This document shows positions 40,703-54,334 of a stretch of DNA of 64,000 bases, in pieces (the first letter of the stretch is position 1; every line of letters begins with the position of its first letter). Source of the DNA: Octopus vulgaris (taxonomy: Eukaryota); NCBI GenBank assembly GCA_951406725.2, contig OX597842.1, positions 19,964,001 to 20,028,000 on the forward strand, in the 5' to 3' direction. The position numbers and the translations under genes are program-made. A model generated the notes under the pieces. It did not search any database. It was given only the letters and a program-made list of their open reading frames with translations, and was not told the origin of the DNA.

Positions 40703-41609
40703 GTCGCCGTTGCTTTGTCAGCATATTAAATGGCCCTTTTTAGGGCCGCCACATTATATCCTAAGTATTCTCTTTCGATCGTTGATATGCTACTCGCTCC
40801 TGTTTGTTCAGTTTCTGTCTTCTCTTAGTTTTTCTTGGTCAATGTTAAGGTCCTCGCTCTTTAGCGAAAACAGGAGACGATCCAGTCAGCTGGGTGTTAG
40901 CAATTGGGATCTTTTCGGTTTGAACGGCAGTTTTTTTAACATAATTTCTAGGTGACTAAGAACTTATAAACTTCGTATACTGATAGAATGTGTTTCTATG
41001 ACTTTCAGTTTAAATCGAAGTTCTAAGTTTGTAGAACGATATATAAAATACATATTGTTTAAGTATATTTTTGATATTTACTCTATGCGACCTCATATAG
41101 CATCTTTGTCTTTCGTTTGTCTTGTATTGTCTCATTTTATATAAAATCGCCATGATCATGATAGAGATACTCTATTGAGGTAAAGAAACATTCTGTGCCG
41201 TATGAATATGTCCCTCGTTTAATAAACAGATTGGTTTTATTTACATTTCTGAAGAGAAAATGATATCCTTTCCCCACTAACCCTAAAACAGATTGAAATG
41301 CAATAGATCGATACTAGGGTCATAATTATGGGTGATAATTTCATGACACCGCTAGAAAGAACTGCCGTTCAAACCGAGGAGTTCCAGTAATTGTGTAGAA
41401 ATCGAATATGAATAGAAAGGATTTGCGCAAACGATCCTGGCGGGTGGGGACCAGGATCCGATTTTCCCCTTATAATGCACATTTTCAGTTCCAAAAGCAT
41501 GCGATGTTTTGCGCTGGCTATTTTTTGTTATTTCCGCACTTATTTCTTTGTATCTTTACTTTGTCGTTTACTGCTGGAGGTTTCTGATAGAAGAATGTGC
41601 AAAGGTGAG

Positions 41610-41830
41610 TAGTTAGTTAGTTAGTTAATTTGGCTCAAAAGCAAATAGCAAGGCCATGTAGGGGGACATGGAGTTAAGTACAGGGTGGTGTTCATGTAAA
41701 GAGTTCAGGCCACTTGAGGTCCAGGGAGGCTTTGAACAAAGCGGTCGTCGGCATCTTCACCATCTCGTCTGGCAGCTTGTTCCACGGATCCGCAACCCGG
41801 ACGGAGAAAGCTCCTCTCCTTCGATTGAGT
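41610..41830 (-). mobile_element. CR1/L2-like LINE tail inserted only in histone unit 1
   Basis: TSD TGAGTAG; empty site at ~49395; same family at 21990-22250 and 58490-58800. Confidence 0.8.
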
Positions 41831-42587
41831 AGGTTGTTTACAGGTTTCTTTCGTTCTGTTATCGCAGTTTTGGAGATTTGGCTGTTATTTTTAGCACGTG
41901 GGAATGCTAATCTGCAAAAATAGACATTTCTAATTTATAACCCCCACTTCTTTCCTTCATTTTTAACTTTTTTCATAACGAAATTATGCCAGCAATGTCT
42001 CATTTAAAACTTGGAGAGAAAGAATCCTTGCAGATTTGGTGTGATTTCTTTTTTGAAAACAATAATGAATAATGCAAGAATATATTTATTTATAAAGTTT
42101 AAACAGAACATGGAATGAAATGTATTTATTTATAAACTTTATAAACCTAACAGCGTGGTGGTACGTAAATTAACGAATATTAAGTCGATTATGTCGACCC
42201 CACTGCGTAACTGGTACTTTGTCGACCTCGGCGGAATTTGAATTCAGAACGTAACGGCAGCCGAGATACCTATTTATTTATTACCCACAAAGGACTAAAC
42301 ACAGAGGGGACAATGGGATTAAGTCGATTGCATCTACTCCAGTGCGTAACTGCTACTTATTTAATCGACCCCGAAGGGATGAACGGTACAGTCAAAGAGA
42401 ATGATGCAAAATTTTTACTTCAAAAATTTCAATTCTAAAGGAGCGGGTTTACGTCACGTGATTAGACTGCTGTCAAATTCCACCAATGAAATTGATTGGC
42501 GCGAAACGTCAGCAAGGTGCTCGGCTGAGCCTACTTGTCAATTATAAATAGCGTGGACGAGGGTTGATTAGTAGAGCAAGTGACATT

Positions 42588-42965
42588 ATGCCACCAGCAC
42601 CAGCAACTGCTTCGAAAGGAGCCAAGAAGGCCTCCAAGGCCAAGACCTCTCGCCCTGCCGGGGACAAGAAACGTAAGAAGAAGAGGAAGGAAAGTTATTC
42701 CATCTACATCTACAAAGTGATGAAGCAAGTCCACCCGGACACTGGCATCTCCAGCAAAGCTATGTCCATCATGAACAGTTTTGTCAACGATCTGTTCGAA
42801 AGAATAGCTTCTGAATCCAGCCGCTTGGCTCACTACAACAAACGTTCGACCATCAGTAGCCGTGAGGTGCAGACTGCTGTCCGTCTTCTCCTTCCTGGTG
42901 AGTTGGCCAAACACGCCGTCTCTGAGGGTACCAAGGCCGTCACCAAATACACTAGCAGCAAATAA
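42588..42965 (+). CDS. H2B: Histone H2B (125 aa)
   Basis: [32 protein letters not shown]; upstream TATAAATA and CCAAT; stem-loop at 42998-43013. Confidence 0.99.
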   Translation: MPPAPATASKGAKKASKAKTSRPAGDKKRKKKRKESYSIYIYKVMKQVHPDTGISSKAMSIMNSFVNDLFERIASESSRLAHYNKRSTISSREVQTAVRLLLPGELAKHAVSEGTKAVTKYTSSK

Positions 42966-43721
42966 ACCTGCTTCGTTTCTCTTCATCGAAGAATAACGGT
43001 CCTTTTCAGGGCCACCCACATTCTCATGAAAGTTAATTCAGATTTTCTGCCGATTTGCGATCCATGTTTTTGGGGTTAGGGTGTTAACGGCCATAGAATG
43101 GACTGGGGGAAGTAAAGGTACGTGATTTATACACATCGAAGCAGGTGGGGTATTTATATAAAATTTTTTTTAATATTTTCCTAAATAGTGGAAAAGTTTG
43201 GATGTTGTGAATTTTCCGACGTCTGCTTTCTGCGCATTTTTGTTTTCATATTCGTTTTCTACACATTTTTATTTTACAACCGTTGAAATTATACATCCAT
43301 GCAAGTGACAAGCCTGGGATGTGCTAGAAACAATGACCGGTCCTCCCCGTAAGTTGCATCTTTCAGACTGAAAGTACTAAGACTTTGCTACGGAGTATGA
43401 TGGGTGTGTGGTAGATTTAGATTGTAATCGTCAAATTTGAACAGCGGAATGACGACCGAATTTTAATGATAAGAGAATTATTCAGATGCAAAAAAGGGAG
43501 ATTAGGCTGTTGTTTCTAACAGACAACCTTCTTCGTCTCTGATTTTTAGTGTTTTCTCAATTCTTTTAAAGATTTCCCTAAACCCAACACGTCATGGAGA
43601 ATGCTAGAAACAACGGTCCGGAGAGGGAGCTAATTGAAAAAAGAAAAAGGCGCCGTTTTCGCCTACGGATAATACGATTTTTTTTTTCAAATTATGCGGA
43701 AAGAAAATACGGAGTTTTTAT

Positions 43722-44289
43722 GGTTAATATCTAGATCCGCACCCGGTGAGAAAAATGGAAACGAAAATGTGTAACAGTTGTAAGGCATCGTATATTGACG
43801 GAATAAGACGGGAAAAAAGCGCGCTGACAAACGGGGGAGGGGGGGCTCGGAAAATTGCCTACGATTTAAAGAAAAATTTACCATCAATTTTCACCATTGT
43901 GTTTCTGATTCGCGACCCCATGTCGAATTTATCGATTTTTTTCAGAACTGGGGAACTTTTCAAAATTTTCGCTGCGTTAGTTTTGAATTATGACATTGGG
44001 CTATGTGTGTGAGATGCGTTTAAAATGGTGAAAATTGATGGTAAATTTTTCTTTAAATCGTAGGCAATTTTCCGAGCCCCCCCGTTTGTCAGCGCGCTTT
44101 TTTTCGTCATATTCCTTCAATATACGATGCCTTACACCTGTTACACATATTTTTTTCCATTTTTGCCACCTGGGCGTGGATCCTCTACGGTTGATCCTGG
44201 GAATTTCCCGAGCCCCCCCCCCCACCCTTACAACTGTTACACATTTTCGTTTCCATTTTTCCCACCGGGTGCGGATCTAGATATTAACC
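43722..44289. mobile_element. Foldback/MITE-like element with long inverted arms
   Basis: GTTAATATCTAGATCCGCACCCGG.. / ..CCGGGTGCGGATCTAGATATTAAC. Confidence 0.7.
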
Positions 44290-45620
44290 CTTTTGGTTTT
44301 TTTAAGGGTGGTGCAAAGAGTAGAGAAAAATGTGCATGAAAGCAACCGGGGAAAATTCACAAGATCCGAGTCTTTTGCTCATGAATTTTAGGAAATGTGG
44401 GGGTTTTTTTTCAAGCGACAGATTACTATTATAAAGAAATTTGTGGGGAAAATCTTTTCCGAGGGGGTTCAAAGAGAAGGAAATACATAAATTACTTATC
44501 TGCTTAAGGGTATTCCATTGAAATAGAGAAATGCTTTTAAAAAGATCCCATGTACCATGGTGAGAGACAACTGTTGTTTTTAGCATATCTCACGCCCGTC
44601 CGATACCCTCCTTATCTTAATATTTTCGGTTAATTACTACAAGTTCTCTCTCAGTCACCAATAAGGAAAGTTAACAAGATCTATATTTAATGTTTTACAA
44701 CATAAAAAATGCGCCAATGTACCTAGCGGTATACATTCTTCCGTGCCATTAGGGACACGGGTATATAAGCCTCCAAAAGAACGTTATCAAGTCGCTGGGT
44801 CGGCGATGACCCGTATGAATAATAACCGAGCGACATTCCAAATACATTTTTACCTGCTTCCCCATAAACGCTCAATATTGAGTGTGAATTGAAAGGTATT
44901 CATATAAAACTAGCAGTATCGCCCGGCGTTGCTCGGGTTTGTAAGGGAAATAACTATAAAGCATTTTTAGAGAGTTATAGCCAAAAGATAGCAAAAAATG
45001 CATTAAAATGGAAAAAATGATGGTAAATTATTTTTAAAATCGTAGACGCGCGCTAATACCCAGAAGGGCTTGATATGAATCACGACTATAAGATACCCGG
45101 TTTTGGTTACACTGCACCGCAAAATGTGGGAGTAGTTAGGAATCTAAATCGTAGGAGACAGACACACAACCTTACTTTTATATATAAAATTTCATTAAAG
45201 CTTTTGTTCTCCGCAGCAGCCGGGGCTTCGTCCTCACCAATACAATAACCCCTCGGCTATCGCAGGTGCTACGTTCCAAAAAGTCCCGCGTTAGGTGAAA
45301 ATCCGAAGTAGAAACTACTGTATATATTTTTAAATATTTGAATATACTATTTATAAATACAGAACTCCACGGAGGAATCGTAAACCGTGATATAGCGACG
45401 AGAGACTACTGTATACTGAATATCGTCTGCTTTTCACGATCATGTGAGTGAACACGCTCGCACACACCCATTATCTTTCACACGTAAAGATGTACAATAA
45501 TACTTACTTACCTTTACGAGTTAATAAGCTTAACACCCGGCCACCAAAACAAAAAGTCGTCTAATAGCGGTAAAAAAGTGTAAGAACCGATTACTCGGCA
45601 GAGGCAAAGAAAAATTCACC

Positions 45621-46018
45621 GGCGATCTTTCGTCTCTTGTAGACCTTTCCGTCGATTTCCGTAAAAAAATTTTTTTTTTTACATATGGGCTTGCGGGAAC
45701 TTTTGAAGTAATATACATACATATACACATACACCGAGTAAAAAAGTTCAGTTATCTCTTTCTTTCACACACTAACAGAAGCACTTCACTTACACAACAT
45801 ACTGTCTGTCTCCCACACCCCATCAAACACACACACACATGTACATCAATGCTTCCCATGCACGGTAACTTCAAAAGAACTTCCCTCGTCTTACAATCGC
45901 TTTCTCTTAATCTCTTTCCCTCTCATTACTTCAAAAGTTCCCGCAAGCCCATATGTAAAAAAAAAAATTTTTTTTACGGAAATCGACGGAAAGGTCTACT
46001 AGAGACGAAAGATTGCCA
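45621..46018. mobile_element. MITE-like element with ~90-bp inverted repeats
   Basis: 45621-45711 pairs with 45925-46018. Confidence 0.7.
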
Positions 46019-46469
46019 ATTCACCTTGCATCCGAACCGCTAACATTTTTCTTTTACAATTCTTCCTAACTTTTTCGATTGTCTTCTGCATAATGGAATG
46101 ACTATGCAATAACAAAACCCACTAACGGGGGCTAAACAAGGACAGGGAAATACACACCCAAAAATTAAACCCCGCCCGTATTTCTATTGGAGGCTGCAGA
46201 CTTCTTGTTCCGTAGCTGGCACAAAATTTAATTTTCATTTTCAATAGTTTTTAAATATTACTCCCAAGTGTTACTAGACTTTCTAAAGAGAAATCTACTT
46301 AGTCCCTGTGAACCAGCAATCGCGTCAACGATATAATAAAACGTAAATTGTTTAGGGTAAAGGATCGCACTTCGGTGTGAAATAACCCTTCTCCCCAAAA
46401 GGGCGTGCACCAACTTTGCCAAAGGGGCACCTCGAAAACCAGTAGCTGCAAATTAACGTCTAAACACAG

Positions 46470-46551
46470 AAGAAGCACATCGCGATTTAGAAGAGTTGAC
46501 TTAAATTAAAAAGTAGGTGGCCCTGAAAAGGCCCGGTGTTTTGAAGAAGCT
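46470..46551 (-). other. Orphan H4 3'-flank remnant with degenerate stem-loop (46519-46534)
   Basis: Matches 39607-39690 but has no CDS attached. Confidence 0.8.
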
Positions 46552-47543
46552 ATTTCGGTCAAACTAAAGCGTTAAACCCGGTCAAAAAAGCAAAAAAACC
46601 CCCAAATTTGTGTAAAACTACTTGCTCTAAACGAATGACGAAAAAGATGCGCGCTCGCGATAGGGGTGCTTTTTTTTCCGAAATACGTACAAGAATACGG
46701 AGTTTATGATTCATGTGTTCTTGATAATCGTTTAGAACAAGTAGTTTTACACCAATTACACTATTCTTTTCTTAGTTTAAAGGCCGTGGACTGAAGATGT
46801 GAAATTTCGAGGCCTCTCCCCAACTCCTAGTTCGCGCATTTTCTTTTTCATATTCGTTTAGAGGAAGTTGGATTTTTAACACCTATTACACAAATTTTTA
46901 TTTTGTTTATTTGACCGGGTTTAACCGCTATTTCTTTATTACCCATAAGGGTTTACATAGATGGGGACATGAAATGGAACTATTTACAGTGAAATCGAAT
47001 GGATTATTTACAATGAAAATGAAATTGAATGAGTCACAAGAACAAAAAGGGACGGACATATGAAGTCAAAAGAACAGGATAGCCGACCCCACGAGCCCTG
47101 TTATTTAAACTGAAACCTTTTGGTAAGTGATCATGGCGTGTTCATGCAGGGCCTTTCACACCTAGCATCCGTGCAACACGCATCCATCTTTTTCTGAATA
47201 GACACTCTTTTCTCTAGCCCCACCTTCCTTTTCAGATGGAACCTGAAGAAGTTCGTTAGGGCGGTGCCAGAGATCATGGTGTCTGACATTAAACCTTTCA
47301 CTCTAGTCTTCCATATAACCCCTTTCGCAACTGCTACTATCACGAGAAAGCAATGCTTACCATCGTTCGTCATGGAGCCAGGCGGGTCAATTTTTAAGAT
47401 TGACTCAGACGACAGCTGTACTCTTCCTCCTTCCGACAACACAAGATGAAGCACATTGCGATTTAGAAGAGTTGACTTAAATTAAAATGTGGGTGGCCCT
47501 GAAAAGGGCCGGTATGTTCTAGAAGAAGCTTAAGAATGTTCGC

Positions 47544-47915
<372 letters not shown>

Positions 47916-48118
47916 TTACACTCAAACGGACGTAGCAGAAAACACCTCGAGAAATAGGTCACGTGCTCTGAAGCCGCGAATGAAAAGGTGTCACATCAGC
48001 AGCAGTCGGTTTGGCGGGCAGCTGTCATTTGTAAATCTAAGAAAGCCATCTTCCCGCCCGATCTTTCTTTCTTTAACGGTCACTATATAAAGTGTGACGG
48101 TTGGCCCCTATCTATTGA

Positions 48119-48538
<420 letters not shown>

Positions 48539-51379
48539 GTCGCCGTTGCTTTGTCAGCATTTTAAATGGCCCTTTTTAGGGCCGCCACATTGTATCCTAA
48601 GTGTTCTCTTTCGACCGTTGATATGCTTAAGATCCTCGCTCCATAGCGAAAACAGGAGAAATTCCAGCTTTTCGGTTTGAACGGCAGTTTTTAACATAAT
48701 TTCTAGGTAACTAAGAACTTTTAAACTTCGTATACTGTTGGCGTGTTTGTAAAACTGGCGTCTGTTGAGGAAACGGTGTTTCTATGGCTTTGTTTCAGTT
48801 TAAATCGAAGTTCTAAGTTTTTAGAACGATATATAAAGTACGTATTATTTAAGTAAATTTTTAATATTTACTCTATGCGACCTCATATAGCATCTTTGTC
48901 TTTTGTTTGTCTTGTATTGTCTCATTGTATATAAAATCGCCATGATCATGATAGAGATACTCTATTGAGGTAAAGAAACATTCTGTGCCTTATGAATATG
49001 TCCCTCGTTTAAGAAACATTGGGTTTATTTATATTTCTGAAGAGAAAATTATATCCTTTCCCCACTAACCCTAAAACAGATTGAAATGCAATAGATCGAT
49101 ACTAGGGTCATAATTATGGGTGACAATTTCATATGACACCACTAGAAAAAGCTGCCGTTTAAACCGAAAAGATCCAGTAATTGTGTAGAAATCGAATATG
49201 AATAGAAAGGATTTGCGCAAACGATCCTGACGGGTGGGGACCGGCATCCGATTTTCCCCTTATAATGCACATTTTCAGTTCCAGAAGCATATGATATTTT
49301 GCGCTGGTTATTTTTTGTTATTTCCGCACTTATTTTTTTATATCTTTACTTTGTCGTTACTGCGGGAGGTTTCTGATAGAAGAATGTGCAAAGGTGAGTA
49401 GGTTGTTTACAGGTTTCTTTCGTTCTGTTATCGCAGTTTTGGAGATTTGGCTGTTATTTTTAGCACGTCGATAGCCTGCTTCAAGTCGACGGGGAATGCT
49501 AATCTGCAAAAATAGACATTTCTAATTTATAACCCCCACTTCTTTCCTTCATTTTAAACTTTTTTCATAACGAAATTATGCCAGCAATGTCTCATTTAAA
49601 ACTTGGAGAGAAAGAATCCTTGCAGATTTGGTGTGATTTCTTTTTTAAAAACTAATGAATAATGCAAGAATATATTTATTTATAAAGTTTAAACAGAACA
49701 TGGAATGAAATGTATTTATTTATAAACTTTATAAACCTAACAGCGTGGTGGTACGTAAATTAACGAAGGTATAAACCTGACGGAAATACACGAAGTTGAC
49801 TACTTTCACTTCTGTCAGCTAAAAGCATGACAGTGCACTTTATTACCCACAAGGGGCTAAACACAGAGGGGACAGACATAGGTATTAAGTCGATTAGATC
49901 GACCCCACTGCGTAACTGGTACTTTGTCGACCTCGGCGGAATTTGAACTCAGAACGTAACGGCAGCCGAGATACCTATTTATTTATTACCCACAGAGGGG
50001 ACAATGGGATTAAGTCGATTGCATCTACTCCAGTGCGTAACTGGTGCTTATTTAATCGACCCCGAAGGGATGAGCGGTAAAGTCGACCTCGACGGAATTT
50101 GAACACAGCGAGGGCAGCTAAGATTCAGAGTGGTCTCCCTTGTGCCGTTGTGGTTAAAAGTCCAACTATATTAATAAGCTGAAGTTGTCTGTGTGTGGCA
50201 GGTTTGGTAGCCTTCAACTAACACCATCTCCTCCGAGACCCTGCGGTGCAAGTTGACCAAAATTGAGAGTATGATAGAAGAAGGCTTGCTCTTCATTCCG
50301 TAGAAGAAAAAGTTCAAATCGGACCATGTTAACACCAAAATTTATTTACATCAAAAAATGCTTTTTTCTATGAAAATCCCTATTTTTTACGATTTTTTCA
50401 CTGCTGTGTCACCATTTTTCGGTGTATTTCAACCAGAAAAATGTTCACTTAAAGAGAATGATGCAAAATTTTTACTTCAAAAATTTCAATTCTAAAGGAT
50501 CGAAACAGACCCGGGCAGTACTGCTAATATATATATATAATGCTGAGGTTGTCTGTGTGTGGTAGGTTTGGTAGCTTTCGACTAATACTATCTCCTCCGA
50601 GACCCTGCGGCGCAAGTTGACCAAAATTGAGACTTCGTATACTGGTAGAATGTATTTATAAAACATCCTTTTCTCTTGGCTCTATTGAGAAAATTCTATA
50701 GTTTGTAAGATGTTTTTTTTCAACCAATCAATGACGTCTATTGAGATGAAAACGTTCTGTGCCGTATGAATGTCTCTCGTTTAAGAAACACGAAAAAAAG
50801 ATCCCCTCCCTCCAAACCCTAAAACAGATTGATACTAGGGTCATAATTATGGATGACAATTTCATGACACTCTTTAGTAAATTGGTAAAGATAAAACAGC
50901 TGATTACAATGACGTCTCTGCTACCATTTCCGAAATATTGGTTACGCTAATGTTATGGAAGCGGGTGGCGAATCTCTGGAGACTAGACCAATCGTTTCCC
51001 CCTGCGTGAGAAAAAAATTCAAAAATTCGGTACTACATAACGAGAGATCCCGGTGCGCGCACTCGCAACGAGACGATCCTAGCAAAGTAAATAAAACACA
51101 AAATAAATAAAACAAAATTATTTTTAAACAAAGTAAACAAAACACAAAATGAATAATCTTTTTAAACAAGTAAATAAGAAACACAAAGGTTCGACTAGTC
51201 ACGTCTAGCTAGCGCGGATAAGCGAGTGCGCGCACCGGGACCACTCTTCTGAAGTAGTACCAAAAATTCTTCATCCGAAAAAATCGCAAATAAGTCGAGA
51301 GAAGACGAATACGCAGAGTGTGAGAGGCCCTGAAAAGGGCCGTTGTTTTGGGTAAAGCAAAAAATGCCACCGAATTAAT

Positions 51380-51757
51380 TTACTTGGAAGCCTTCTGGGT
51401 TTTCTTGGGCAGAAGAACAGCCTGAATGTTGGGAAGAACACCACCCTGGGCGATGGTCACTCCGGACAAAAGTTTGTTCAATTCTTCGTCGTTACGGATG
51501 GCCAACTGCAAGTGACGGGGAATGATTCTCGATTTCTTGTTATCTCTGGCAGCATTTCCTGCCAATTCCAACACCTCAGCAGCCAAATATTCCATTACAG
51601 CGGCCAAGTAGACTGGGGCTCCGGCACCGACACGTTGGGCATAATTTCCCTTACGGAGAAGACGGTGGATACGACCGACAGGGAACTGAAGTCCGGCACG
51701 GGACGAACGGGTCTTGCTCTTTCCCTTTACTTTACCTCCTTTACCACGTCCAGACAT
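51380..51757 (-). CDS. H2A: Histone H2A
   Basis: [21 protein letters not shown]..; stem-loop at 51326-51341. Confidence 0.99.
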   Translation of the reverse strand: MSGRGKGGKVKGKSKTRSSRAGLQFPVGRIHRLLRKGNYAQRVGAGAPVYLAAVMEYLAAEVLELAGNAARDNKKSRIIPRHLQLAIRNDEELNKLLSGVTIAQGGVLPNIQAVLLPKKTQKASK

Positions 51758-52026
51758 ATTTCAAAGTTCGACAGTAGTTCTCAACAAAGAAGAGAGTTGG
51801 CGACTAAATACGAGGGCGGCTTTTGCCTTTAAATAGCAGTCAGGAGGCTCCAGCAGTCACAAACTGCCGAGCGAAAAAGGAGCGGGTTTATGTCACGTGA
51901 TTAGAAGGCTGTCAAATTCCACCAATGAAATTGATTGGCGCGAAACGTCAGCAAGGTGCTCGGCTGAGCCTACTTGTCAATTATAAATAGCGTGGACGAG
52001 GGTTGATTAGTAGAGCAAGTGACATT
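51758..52026. promoter_or_regulatory. Divergent H2A/H2B promoter
   Basis: CCAATGAAATTGATTGG (opposed CCAAT boxes), GTCACGTG, TATAAATA. Confidence 0.75.
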
Positions 52027-52407
52027 ATGCCACCAGCACCAGCAACTGCTTCGAAAGGAGCCAAGAAGGCCTCCAAGGCCAAGACCTCTCGCCCTGCCGG
52101 GGACAAGAAACGTAAGGAGAAGAGGAAGGAAAGTTATTCCATCTACATCTACAAAGTGATGAAGCAAGTCCACCCGGACACTGGCATCTCCAGCAAAGCT
52201 ATGTCCATCATGAACAGTTTTGTCAACGATCTGTTCGAAAGAATAGCTTCTGAATCCCGCGATACCAGAGGGCGCACACTCTCCTACTCTGATGTAATCT
52301 CCAGGGATACAGGCATCCAGCAACAGGACCTCCGTAATGCTATGATGGACTGTGAAGTCTGGCGTAGCATGGTAAATTCCATTGTCTTGACCACGGTGAA
52401 GCAATGA
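52027..52407 (+). pseudogene. H2B: Truncated H2B (aa 1-77) fused in frame to 49 aa of an RTE-like LINE C-terminus
   Basis: H2B to ..IASES at 52257, then [10 protein letters not shown]..; no stem-loop follows. Confidence 0.9.
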
Positions 52408-54334
52408 TGATGATGATGTCTAATTCTCTCCCAATTTTGCCATTTGTCTGTCGTAGTTCACTGTGGTGGAGGCACTCCGTCGGTTACGACGACGAGGGTT
52501 CCGATTGATCCGAATCAAAAGAACAGCCTGCTCGTGAAATTAACGTGTAAGTGGCTGAGCACTCCACAGACACGTGCACCCTTAAGGTAGTTCTCGGGGG
52601 TATTCAGCGTGACACAGAGAGTGACAAGGCCGGCCCTTTGAAATACAGGTACAACAGAAACAGGAAGTAAGAGTGAGAGAAAGTTGTGGTGAAAGAGTAC
52701 AGCAGGGATCACCACCATCCCTGCCGGAGCCTCGTGGAGCTTTAGGTGTTTTCACTCAATAAACACTCACAACGCCCGGTCTGGGAATCGAAACTGCGAT
52801 CCTACGACCGCGAGTCTGCTGCCCTAACCACTGGGCCATTGTGCCTCCACAGTTCACTGTGAACCTGAAAGGAAAGATTTCTCAACTTTTATGGCGTTCA
52901 CAACCATCCAATAACACAAAAAAACGTTGGACACTTGACAATAATTTATAATTTTATGCAAGAAATAATCAGCGTTTCAGATATAAAAATAAACAAACAA
53001 TTATACAGAAAAGGAAATAAAATCGCAAAAGGTCCTTGACTTGCTTACAGAAAACAACTTCCAGGCCAGATTCCCGAAGCAGTAGGAATTGTGGGGCCAG
53101 TGTATTGCTGTGAAAGGTGAGTATTTCACAGGAGATGTTGTTAAAACTTTGGTAAATTAGTAATTTTTATGAAACATAGCTTGTCCGAGAACTTTTTGAT
53201 ACCATCTCGTATTTTTCTTGCAAATTCTGTAAAGAGTCTTTATTTTTTTTAATAAATAAATATTTTGATTTTGTTTGCTTATTTTTCTGTTGTTTTTATC
53301 TTATATAACATGTCTTTACATGATACACGTATAATACAATACCACATTAAAATACAAATCCTAAACCAAAAGAAACACAAACAGGAGGTGCAGCAAGTAC
53401 CCTTATAGGGATCACCGAACGCATTCTGTAAGGCAAGGCGCCAACAATGGTAAGAACTTCACTGTGGCAAATGTCACAGGTGGAAGAAATGGGTCACACT
53501 TCATTTCCTATGCTTAAGGATTTTGTTCTCGTTGGCTACGGAAGCAGTGACCATTTGATTATAATTGAAGATATTTATGCTAAAGCAATGGGTATACATA
53601 TGCAAATGTACCCCACCGACTTTGTTTCTTCATAACTTCTGGAAAAATGGGTATTTTTAAATGAAAATTTTGAGAAATACCTTTAAGAAAGTGTAGATTG
53701 CAATTATATTGGAATAGCACATGTTGGTGGGACACCACACACACACATACACATCACATTCTTTTGCATTCTAAGATTCAGTCAAAATTTTCAAATTTGG
53801 AATATTCATGTAATTTTCCAAGCTGAATCTGCTACCGCTCACTTTTTCTGGAAAGAATATTTTAAAAAGTGGACCTTTTCTGTTTGTGTTTTTCCCTTCA
53901 GCTCCTTCAGTTTCAAATTTATTGATTTCAAGTTTAGTGTATTGATGTAGTTTTGTCTGTTAATTATATAAATGAAATTAGTTGTTGTCCTAAATTGATA
54001 AATATACAGTTAATAGCTTTTAAGATTTTTAAATTCCCAGTAAAAGACGGAGCAGAGTTTTGGAAGAAATATTGCTAAAATATGGATATAATTTATTTAA
54101 AAAACCAACTATGCCAATGCAGTCAGTGAAAGTCTTAATCTGATAAATAGAATTGTTTTTTCCTTTTAGAGGATAAATATAGATAAAAAAACACAAATTG
54201 TAGCGTTCTTATACAAATGTTTATTTCTTAAAATATTTGCAGCAGAAGAAAGAGAGTCAGACAAGGATGAGTATGCCAAGAATGATTTCGACAATCTCGA
54301 GTGTTCTGAGGGGTCTTGATCCATTAGGTTCAGG

